NCBI GenBank assembly: GCA_038496445.1 | Contig: JALMLS010000487.1 | Location: 186,001 to 250,000, forward strand | Source: Trichosphaerium sp. ATCC 40318 | Lineage: Eukaryota; Protista; Tubulinea | DNA: 64,000 nucleotides | Direction of reading: 5' to 3' | Shown here: positions 53,387 through 64,000 of the stretch, in pieces | Position numbering within the stretch: the first letter of the stretch is position 1 | How the letters are laid out: every line of letters starts with the position of its first letter | Program-made: the position numbers and the translations under genes | The notes under the pieces: model-generated | Database searches by the model: none | What the model was told of the DNA's origin: nothing | Seen by the model: the letters and a program-made list of their open reading frames with translations, nothing else

Positions 53387-53897
53387 TTTACGTAGAGAAA
53401 TTGAACGGTCTGCTTATTATTCAATTCCAGTCAAAAACAAAAAATCCTTAGTTTTCAGATTCATTTTATCTTTAACCCCCCGAAGCTTACCGAGTTTTGT
53501 TTCTTATTTTTGTGTTTGTATTCATACAAATACACGAGACCACACCATTTGAAAGTATGTTAAAGGTGCTTGACCCTTTCACTGCTACGTAAGTTGCAGT
53601 TACGTGGGCAGTAGCAAGTTTGTTTTATTTTGTTGTTTTCAAAGTTGAAAAAGTTCGTTTCGTATCATCAGTTTGTTCACTATTGCATCAACATTGTAAA
53701 ATTAATCTTCGTTTGAAGTGAAGGCATTTAAGTACCTTGACAAGTTGGTATACCTGTAAGAGTTCAAAATGTAAAATCTCCTAGTTCACGGAATGTGATC
53801 CCTTGTACACCGCCCCGAGTTCATCGCACGTGTATAAACAAGACAACCGCTCCTCTTCCGTACCCGTTCTATATAAACCTCCCACATACACTCATCA

Positions 53898-55257
53898 TGC
53901 TTGTAAAGATAGTAAACACCAAAGATGAAAGGTTCAGACACAAATTGTTCTATTATCCTATCCTAACCTATAATAGGGCGCATAAAAGAATTTTAGACCT
54001 TCCCACAGAGGTTTTAGCGCTTATTTTGCGTAAACAACAAAATCACGCTTTGCTGCTTCTCAAACATGTCATCACCTTGCTTCTATTGTTCACAATATTA
54101 TTGGATACTGTAGCGTTCGGATTTCACGTGTTGACCAAGCTTCAGCAGTTTTAAAACACTCAAGTACTCTCCAGCACACAAACATCAAACTTGTTGGCAA
54201 AGCCATTTCTGATGATGTTATCAAGACATTTGCTGGTGTTCATTCCATCAATCTTTGTGGATGTAGTGATACTGTAACTGATGAAAGTGTCAAAGCACTC
54301 TCTGGTGTTCATACCATTAATCTATGTAATACTACAGTAACAGATAAAGGGTTAAAGGCACTTTCTGGTGTGTCTAATATTCGTCTTGGTTATTATAAGC
54401 ATATTACAGATGAAGGGATAAAATCAATTGCTGGTGTACACACCATTAACCTATCTGAAGGGTTAAAAGCACTGCCATTAATCTATCTAATACTACAGTT
54501 ACAGATGAAGGGTTAAAGCACTTGCTGGTGTGCATGCTATTTCTCTGTACAGAACCTCTGTCACTGATGAAGGGTTAAAACCACTACATACCATTAACCT
54601 ATCTAATACTGCAGTTACAGATGAAGGGTTAAAAGCACTTGCTGGTGTGTCTAATATTCATCTTGGTTATTGTAAGCATATTACAGATGAAGGGATAAAA
54701 TCAATTGCTGGTGTACACACCATTAACCTTAGAAATACTTTCATATCAGATGAAGGGTTAAAAGCTCTTTCTGGTGTTCATACCATTAATCTGTACAGAA
54801 CCTCAGTCACTGATGAAGGGTTAAAAGCACTTTCTGGCGTTCACAATATAAAACTTCTTTATTGTAAGCATATTACAGACGACGGGATAAAAGCATTTGC
54901 TGGTGTACACACCATTCGTCTATCTAATACTGCAGTAACAGATGAGGGGTTAAAAGCACTTGCGGCGTGCATACTATTTCTCTCTACACAACCTCAGTCA
55001 CTGATGAAGGGTTAAAAGCACTCGCTGGTGTACATACCATTAACCTATCTAATACTGCAGTTACAGATGAAGGGTTAAAAGCACTTGCTGGTGTTCATAC
55101 CATTAACCTGGAGCATATTTTATTAATCTTAGAGGTTGTAAACAGATAACAAATGAGGCCATTAAATCACTAAATGGGGTTTGCAGCATTCATATTTTTT
55201 ACACGTCAATTACTCAAGAATGTCTCGATCAACTGCTGTTGTCCAAAAATAATTAAA
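53898..55257 (+). pseudogene. F-box + tandem 21-22 aa LRR array (LAGVHTINLSNTAVTDEGLKA), disrupted by several frameshifts
   Basis: ILDLPTEVLALIL F-box; about 15 near-identical 63-66 nt repeats; frame breaks near 54060, 54475, 54517 and 54965. Confidence 0.75.
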
Positions 55258-56324
55258 GTGACGCAAAGTGTTTGGAAATAAAAAACCAATAGTTTTAATT
55301 GCCTGTTTAATCAAAATTCTGAAATTAGGCTGTTTTTGTGGTTGCTTAACTTGAATGGTACTGAAGAATACATGAGACGGTCAATGTCTAGTGAGTGCAT
55401 ATGCTTGGTCTTCGAATTACCACCTTCTGAAGGCAAATATGGAGCCGGTTGTCCCTGATCCATATAAGCATTCCTTAGATGACATGTCAACATCCCTAGC
55501 TTGGACTCTTAAGCAACTCTGTTTTATTTAAACTTTCTTAAATTATTACACTTTAACATTGCTTCTTCTGCTATAGATCCAAAACCCATCTTTGGTCTCT
55601 GTGCTATTGGTCCACGCGATGAAGCATTACCACTCACTACAATAAAATGGCTGTACACGTGTTTTCTCCGTTACAGACGTTTGGGTAAGACTTGGTATGA
55701 CTCACAAATCAACTACAAACGCCTACAACGTGTACAAGAACATGGCGAGCAGCAATCACCCACATCCCACCCAAAAATTTCCTTTTCAATTTGTTTTAAA
55801 AACCTGTAAAACTTGCTTTTATTTTCCAAGTGTTTCTTGTATAATAGATAACAAATGCTTGGCGCTGCGCTAGAGCCACAAGACATTTTGTCTTCCTCCC
55901 AAACATCGTCTAAGTTGAGTCCCTTTGGTTAGTTGATAGAAGAGTAGTAGTTAGTATCAGAACTCTAACATGAGTACAGCGTTCTTTTTTAGTTTTGGTA
56001 GATATTATCACTCAAACACAACTTGACTCTGATAATATTAATACAAAGTGTATTACTTGTTGCTAAAACAAGAATTGTGGATAGTAGTGATACTCTCTTG
56101 TTTTATTGTGTAACTGAGATAAAGTCTTCAAAGCCTCATCTAAGGAATGTGGTTGATCATATTCTCTGAAGCTTCCAGCTCACATTTTTTTCCACAATGT
56201 TATTGCTGAAAATATTGTGAAGAGTCAATCTTTAGATAACGTGACAAACCGTCAATTCTTCACAGAATAGCCAGACTTCCAATGACTTTTTAGTGCACGG
56301 ATTCCTTGGTTTGTACTGACTTGC

Positions 56325-58745
56325 ATGGCTAATATTCAAGCCAGCGATGAAGATATTGTGCATTTACTTGATGAGGAGACACAAACCCTACTGCCAAAAC
56401 GAACTTTATGGCACACTGAGAGTTTAGGCGTAATTCCAACGAAGAAGACGGATAAAGCCAAAATCAATAAAGAAACGATATGTGGGATATCGTACGAGTG
56501 GTATAATCTCATAATAATGAGCGTCGGCTTTTTTCTTGTGTTTATGGCTGCAAACACTATTCAGAACTATATGACGACAATTTTACCAGGTAACGTGCTA
56601 TTATCACGCTAAAAACTGTGAAACTTCTTAAAACACTCTCCGACGCGTAGATATTACTTTAAACACAATAAACTGTTGCGTTTACGCTTGAAAAACTCAT
56701 TTCAACGTTTAACGTTTTACAACTGCTTTTCTACATTTTGAGTGGCCTTATAATGATCAATTATCGTTTAATAGCGACCTTGCCGCTATAATTTTTAGTT
56801 TGATACTTTCTTTTTGCTGATTGCATCGCAGGAAAGCTTGGAAGCGTGTCAATGGCAATACTATGCTCTTCATGTGCATTTTTTTCTTTACTTTCTCCTG
56901 TGGTTATCAGCTACATCTCCGAGAGGTGTGTCAATATTGTTCGGATTTTTTTTGTTGTAGTACATTTTTTATTAACACTTTTTTTTACAAAGGTGGTCGA
57001 TGGTTATTGGTGCAATATGTTATACAATTCTAATCGCTAGTCTTATAAAAATAGTACATATTTTATTGTATATAATAGCTTCAGTATGTGGTATTGGTGC
57101 TGCATTGCTGTGGGTTGCTCAAGGTGCGCCAAATTCTTTAAAAAAAAACAAAAAAAATCAGAACTATGTTTCTCGCTTGATTATGCACCAGCCATAGCCT
57201 CAAACTTGCTTGGATCATTATATAGCCTGTACCAATAATTCATGTATCACGTGTTATTAATCGATTTATTTAGGTGCTTTTTTGACAGAGATTTCCTCAG
57301 AAGGAAATAGAGGTAGAAATTCTGGTATCTTTTGGGCAGCATACCAGCTTTCCTCTGTTTTTGGAAATCTTACTGCATACTTCATTTTTAAGTATCTCTC
57401 GTTTTCTACTCTTTGTATTATTTTTACTGTGATGGCTGGTTGTGGTAGTGTAGTAATAGGACTTCAAACAAGGTCACCAGTTGCGAAAATTGAACGAAAA
57501 GCAATGCGTTTCTCAAGGTAACAAAAAAAAAAGCTTTGTTGTCGCTTACAAACTTTGTTTATAAAGGCCATCTCCCTTCAAAGTCTTAAAGACTGCCTCC
57601 AAAATAATACCACGTTATGAGTTTTTACTTATGACGCCGATGTTCTTATTCACAGGTATGTTAAGTGAATGTTAGTACCCTGATGACCAAAGCTCACCTT
57701 GTCTTAGGATTTGAGCTATCTTTTTGGGCAGGCTCTTTTCCTCTATTACTTGATGCTAAAGGTGTCGGATTAGCTCTGACATTTTTAGCAGCTGCAGATA
57801 TGTTGGGTGGTCTTATAATAGGACCTATATCCGACAAGATAGGACACAGTTTTGTTGTAGTAGGAGGGTACTTTAAACATCTTTTTTGGTTTATGTTTTT
57901 CGTGGAGTATCTGTTAGCGTTTCTCTACCACCTGTTGGCCTTACGTTTCTCAAATTACTATGCTGGTTTTTTAAATAATCACGTGAACAAAGCACGGCTG
58001 TGGTTAAACACATTCTTATTTCGCTTTTTTTTTTAGGAGCTTTACTTTTGGTTTAGCACTCTTCTTTGTTATGTGTGTTCGTGATGGTTGGTGGTCTGAT
58101 TCATTGACACTTGATGGTGTCCCATGGACTGCTTTTGTAGCGGCTGTGCTTCTTGGGATTAGTGACTCTATTTTCAATACACAAGTAAGGAACTTTTCAC
58201 GTAGCTTGTTTCGCCAATTAACTTGAAAATAAAGGTTTACTCTCTTCTTGGAGAAGCTTACTCTGGGGAGAGTATAGGAGGATTTACAGTATTCTTCTTT
58301 TTACAGGTAAAGACAAGCATTTAAACCTGGTTTTTTTTTTTTGAAAAATTCTTTACACGTTCATCCAGTATTTCTAAGAATGTGTTTTGTGTTTGTTTTT
58401 GAAAACAACAATTTGCCAAGGTTGATACCGTTTACAATCAAAATCAGTTAACACATTACTATAATGATCAGTTCTTTCACTTGTATTTTTATTATCATAG
58501 TAATGATATGATAAAGCAACCCACCAACACGGTACTTACTTTATCTACAGAACTTTGCTATTGCGATTGGATTCTTCTATCCTCCACATATCCCTCTTGC
58601 CAATGTTGAAGGGTCAAGCTATGCCCAAATATGGATTCAACTTGGCTTACTTATAGTGAGTACTATTTGTTATGTTGTAGCAGATCAGATTATCACTGGT
58701 ACAAAGAAACATCAAGTACTTAGCATTATCCATAGTATAGATTAG
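56325..58745 (+). CDS. UNC-93-like MFS transporter (MFSD11-like)
   Basis: GFFLVFMAANTIQN, GIGAALLWVAQG, RGRNSGIFWA.YQLS.VFGN, FTGFELSFW.G, LLGISDSIFNTQ. Confidence 0.87.
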
Positions 58746-58799
58746 AAAGTAAACAATTCATCTGAACTATGTGATAAATAAAATTTGTAAACTAATGGT

Positions 58800-61140
58800 A
58801 ATGTTCATTGTTCGTGTGCCTTGCAGAAATCATGTAACTGTTTTTCTTCAATATTGATTAATAGTGAAGAAAATGGTATTCTTTGCTACCTTAACACCAT
58901 ACAATTAATACGTTACGGGAGGCTTTAGATTCTTGTTAGGGTTTGTTGTTTTCATTGCAAGTCCGCTAAAACTTAAATGTTATTTATTATTTAAAGTGGT
59001 TTATCGACGTTGAAAAACTATGTTTAAAGTCAGTAAGTTGAATGAGTATCATGTACCAAAAGCATGTTGGTCACGTGTAGTTTTGAAGAAAACAACAGTC
59101 CCTCGTTTTCTTGAAATTGCTTTAACTGAACTACATAAAAAGAAGGCAATTCAAGGTCTTTAGATTGCAGGTCGGGCAGGAAGACTTTGCTATTGAACAC
59201 AAGGGCATTGATCAACTTTGCTACTGTTCTTTTGCGCATCGATTAGTGATGCAGTACAGAAAACAACAAAAAGCAGTTTGTTTTTAGCTTCAATTTATTT
59301 AATTCCAGCCTCAAGTAGGTCCTTTACTATCTGTTTCTCGTCTTCATCTAGTTCCACACCAGCTGCTTTCACAGCAATTGCCCATGATTGCGCCCAAACT
59401 TCAGCAAAGAAGGCTGCCATACGCTTTGAGTATCCATACGTTTGTGCCAGCGCACCATTTCCTTCATTTTCACGCCATGATTTCATGCCACAAGCGTGTG
59501 CAGCTTGCCAAACCTTGTAATGAATTAGTGCCACGTGATAAATAAAAAACAGAATGAGACACTTTGACTAAAAGAAAAGGAACGTCATACCTTCGGATTA
59601 CCAAAAGCGTTGAAAACCATTTGTAGTGCTGCCGAAGCAACAGTGAACAATAAATCGGTTACAGTGGAACCAATCCTAACAGTTGAGTTAAAACCCAAAG
59701 TCTGACTGTGTAGAACAAACGTACGCGTTGACAAGTTTATCTGCTAGGCTAGTGTTCCGTTCTAAACATTCTTTAAAGAAAGTGCGTGTCTTTGTTCTGA
59801 GGATGTTTAAAAAGTGATTTATAGCCTTGTATATTGGGTTACTGGAGTTTGACAAACTTTCTCGAGCTATACGGATTATAGCTTTTGTATTTTTGGCAAT
59901 CTCTACTTCAGTAGGTTTTGTTTCAGTAAGTTTTGTTTCCGTTGTCATTGTCTTGTAGTTGCTGATATTATGACTATTTTACAGTTCGTGAACAGGTTCA
60001 CAGTTCCTGTAGAAGATTTCTTTTCAAGGAACCAAGCGCGCTTACATTGGATAGAAGCAGATAGTTTGAATTTGTATTTTCATACACGTCTTTTAGTTCC
60101 TGTCTGTTTTATACAAAGAAGCTAATACCATAAGAAGGCACCTCCCAATGGTTTAACAGGTTGGTCATGAGCTATTTTTGTTAGTTCCTTGTCAAAATGT
60201 ACTAAATTTCCAACCCTTGCCGCAGTATTGGTTACAGTTTCAATACCGTGGGAGATGATCGCAGTATATTTTTGCCTACACAGTACGATCAACCCACAGA
60301 AGTGTCCAATGAGCTAAAAACGAATTTAAAAAGTTTGCAAAAGCGAATTAAAAAGGCATGATGTCCTACAAAGCTATCGCATTACCGCCAAACACGGTAT
60401 GAATACCTCAAACACTGTTTGCTGTATGTTTTTACTTCCAATCAACGTACGTGTATAACTTACTAGCGCTACGCTAGCGCCTACCCCACGCTAACAAAAG
60501 CGCTCTCGCAACACCCAAACATCAAGGCATGTGTAATAACGCTAAAATCTCCAAAAACACCAGCGTAGCTGTAGGCTTTGTAAACGCCGGCGGGTGTCAA
60601 ATATCCAAATAAAAATTGTTGGTTTGTTAAATCACGTGTTGAATTGATTGGCCCAATAACGTAGGTTTGAAACGGTTGGATTTACTGGACAGGCTTGAGG
60701 AACACGTTTAAAAAGGGTGAGATTTGCAAGATCTGCCAGCAGTGTCAAATCCGTCAGATCCTACAGGTACTGGATTTTTTTTGCTAAAAGTCACTCTGTC
60801 TCATAACTTGAATGAAACAGGCAATACAGTTTAAAACGTAAGCCAAGAAAGGTTTCACGTTAGCTCCATCGGAAAAATAGAAACGAGGCTGTTATTGCAA
60901 TAAGTTCTAGTATAAGTTTACAACGTTTTCTTCCTTGTAAAGAACCTTTGTCTTGTCATATGTATAAGACCTTATACAAAGCGCCCAGAAGTTGAGTTCT
61001 CCACATATAGGGATTGTTAGATTATGCCTTGTCATGTGATGATTGATGATAAATCACATGTGCCTTAGGTAAAAATAATATAAACTATGTAGAATCGTTC
61101 CCAGCATCGTCTAGCAGTGTATACTCATGACATATCATAC
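58800..61140 (-). CDS. Hypothetical multi-exon protein
   Basis: ORFs 59295-59534 and 59688-59948 plus further open, splice-flanked segments up to about 61100; boundaries uncertain. Confidence 0.4.
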
Positions 61141-61257
61141 ATCAACTTACAAGCTATCTTTTTACAACGTTTGGCGTTTCGGTTTTGTGCCACGTAACTG
61201 TTTTCTTGAAAGACCGATTTTGAGTGGAAAAGTCAGTTCTGTGTCTAATACTGAGTC

Positions 61258-63266
61258 ATGGGCTCCATTTTCTCGTATTTTCGGCCTAAAAGGGTATTAT
61301 AATACGTTAGTACATATATTAACGAGCGATAGGGCAAAATAGGCGCGGAACTCGAGAAACTTGACCAACAGCTCCAAGAAGCCGAGGATAGGTTACAAGG
61401 ATACGCTCAAGCACATAGAACGTTAACATGGCGCCTTTTGATTTTATTCACTTTACTGGAGCTCTCTTATCTCGTGTTCTGGTACTTTATAGTTGTTATT
61501 ACAGAACCATGGGAGCGTTTAGTTTATCTTGTGCCGATAGTAGCTATACCGTTTGGGTACGTTTTTACAACTTGTCATTATACGCCTTGCGCTGAATTAG
61601 TGCGATAAAAGCGTACAGAATCAAGAAACGTAAATTAACGAAAAAAAACCTACATTTACGTTTAAATACCATCCTGACTATTGCATATAGTAGTATGTTA
61701 TTGAATAGGATTGTAAATTGGTATTACGGGAGATGTAGGCGATTATCACGTGCGATCTTTTTCTTATTCTTTAAAACAAAACAAGTTTTTTAAATTTACG
61801 CCATAAGTCAGAAATTTCGCTCACGTGTGCTTACTTTTTAACTATTTATGCAGTGGCTTACAGAGACAAAATTCATAAGCAACAAGTCGAAAAGGTACCC
61901 TTCACGAGGTAAAATGATTATGAGCTAACTACTGTTAAGTTAGAAGAGCTCAAAGAATTTACAAACTACTATGAAACAAGAAAACTAGTTGAAACATATG
62001 AAAGCACTCTGAAGAACCTTACACCAGGTGATCCAAGAAAGCAAAACCCAGGTACATTTTTAGAACACTTGACTCAAAAGTATCACTTCACAATGACATC
62101 AGAATCAAACTTGAACCTCCAAGAAACTGGAGAAGAAAACCCACATTACTTACAAAATCAATTAAGTTCACCATCACCGCCATTTTTAAACAACTCTTTA
62201 GGTTTGAGACGTAGACCGGGTGCAACAGCTGCCATGACACCTACGGGACAGGTATTACTTCATCACAACTTTGAGTATTTTTAGTATCTTCTAACCATCC
62301 CAATAGCCCCGCCAAGCGCCAACACCAAAAAGCGCACCACCAGCAAACTATCGAAGACCGACCGCATCAATGCCAACTGGTGGTATTGCCGCACATAACT
62401 CACAAAGAGAACCTGCACAAACTGGATTCAGATCTCCTGAACATTCTAGGATTCAACAATCTCAACCTCCAGCAAACTCTCCTTACAGACCACCACCGCA
62501 GGTAATAGAAACTACTTGTACTCTTCAGCCATTAACGTTTTTATCTCAAAAAAAACAGAATCAACCACGACAAAATGTTATTCGTTCTCCACCTCCTTCT
62601 ATGCCTGTACCTGCTCACATGAAACAAAGTACTCCATTTAAATATTCAAAACACTTAGATGTATTTTTTACTGAAAGTTAATTTTAGGAGCAGCAAGACA
62701 AGTACAAGCTCCTGTAAATGTTCAACCACGTAAAGCTGGTTATTTTGATACTTTATTGGATTGGTTGATTGATGGAGATGACAAGGAAAAGCAAGAACCT
62801 TACTTTAGGTAAGTTAATGATGAGTTGCTTTATTATTCGGTTGATATATCGTTATTATTTTTTGAAACATTAAAAACTTTTGGATCGCATAAAATACATT
62901 TGGTCAGATTTCATCACCTTTACTTAAGAACGTTTAAACGCATGAAAAAACATTCAAGGAAGCAACATTCATTAATGATGACAATAATTGATCGGTCTTA
63001 CAATTAACTCTTGATTTAATTCTTAATTGTCCTCCTTTTTGTTTAGTTTGCTATCACGTGTACTGATTCTTATTTTAAGACGTGTGACTCCAGTCAAAGC
63101 AGCTCGTAGTAGACAAGCAGTTGCAACTCAAAAAGAAGAAATGGATTCTATCCCAGAACCTGCTCCTAGAAATGAGTCTCAAGCACCAGAACGTAGACAA
63201 ATCATAGAGAAGAGTTCAAAAGAAGAAGTAATTGATAATGACGCACCAAAAGATAAAGATGCATAA
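61258..63266 (+). CDS. LNP1: Lunapark (ER junction protein)-like, apparently lacking the C4 zinc finger
   Basis: N-myristoylation start MGSIFSYFR, coiled coil, two TM helices, LEELKEFTNYYETRKLVETY, Pro-rich region, amphipathic GYFDTLLDWLIDGD. Confidence 0.8.
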
Positions 63267-63562
63267 ACAACAACACAACACAAAGCCTCCCTTTGGCAAA
63301 ACCCACAAGGCAGGAGACAACCAAAAAAAACAACATCAAATACTCTTTTTTTCAAACATCACGTGATTATATAATGTACATACTTTAATTTTTGAAAAAA
63401 GAACATGTGGATCAAGGAAACTAATAAAATATGAATTAAAAATACATTACTAATTAACTAAAAATATGATCATCCTGCTTGAATTTAGGACAGAAATCTT
63501 CTACCCTTACAGTTCTATTAGTTAAGTTGGTTAAACACTCTTACTTCTTTGGACTAATACAC

Positions 63563-64000
63563 TAAGTTGCACGTGCTGGATCTGAAACGCCACACCGCTG
63601 CGAGAAATTCAGCAAAGTAACAAACATCTTTCGAAACTTGGGCTACAATTAGCCTCATTCACTTAGATTAACAAGTCCTTTATTTTCGTCGACCACAATG
63701 CTCCTAACTAAACAACCAACTAGGAAAATAAAAAACAAGTAATGACACAAAAGATGGTGCACAAGGTAAATAAGTACAGCTAGGCTTTACTCAATAAGAA
63801 CATTTCAGCCCATACAGAACATAGGTCCCAAAGAGGACAGTAAGTCCAATTTAGCTAAATTTTTTCGCAATAACACCTCCTCTCTTTGTTGGCATGTACT
63901 TCTTGGCCTCTAAAAGGTAAAATGAGCAAAAACAGTACTCTACAAGCAAACACAAGAACTAGTGGCGGCTTCTTAATCAAAACGTACCTTCTAACTCGCG
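63563..64000 (-). CDS. 3' end of an unidentified gene entering from the right edge
   Basis: Open exons with GT-AG boundaries; no family recognised. Confidence 0.35.

Noticed and set aside
55357-55420. CTGAAGA...CGAA resembling a hammerhead ribozyme core
   Set aside because: No GAAA/stem III/NUH arrangement.
60661-60782. About 105-nt imperfect hairpin followed by a T-run, resembling a Pol III ncRNA
   Set aside because: The minus strand is an open, AG/GT-flanked segment that fits as an exon of the hypothetical gene; no known RNA motifs.
1-64000. Alternative genetic code, selenoproteins, U12 introns, CRISPR or prokaryotic operons
   Set aside because: Stops in conserved genes are all explained by GT-AG or GC-AG introns; no sense-strand RTATCCTT donors or repeat-spacer arrays were seen; the DNA is clearly intron-rich eukaryotic.

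Overview
AT-rich (about 35% GC, estimated by eye), gene-dense eukaryotic nuclear DNA. Introns are many and short (often 40-60 nt) with GTACGT/GTAAGT/GTATGT donors and CTAAC-like branch points. The organism is probably an amoebozoan or similar protist (inference from the 5S rRNA sequence and gene content). About 22 intact or probable protein genes are present, including a double-domain glutaminase, animal-type PMVK, an ML/NPC2 protein, a SERHL-like hydrolase, an ankyrin + PARP-like ADP-ribosyltransferase, OGDH E1, an OAC1-like carrier, LRR-BTB, DnaJ, an M12B protease, F-box/LRR proteins, a P450, a Ubl/RA-PH-Ste20 kinase, a LigB-like protein, an UNC-93/MFSD11 transporter and lunapark. There are also several gene relics and a decayed Tc1/mariner-like element. 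Most notable: (1) all three Pol III genes found (two identical initiator tRNA-Met genes and a 5S rRNA gene) sit in sense orientation inside spliceosomal introns of unrelated genes; (2) the glutaminase fuses an intact catalytic domain to an apparently dead copy; (3) the E-box CACGTG/TCACGTGA is strongly over-represented, mainly in introns; (4) the ankyrin-ART gene is built from symmetric one-repeat-per-exon cassettes. Exon boundaries were inferred by eye, so gene ends are approximate where stated.
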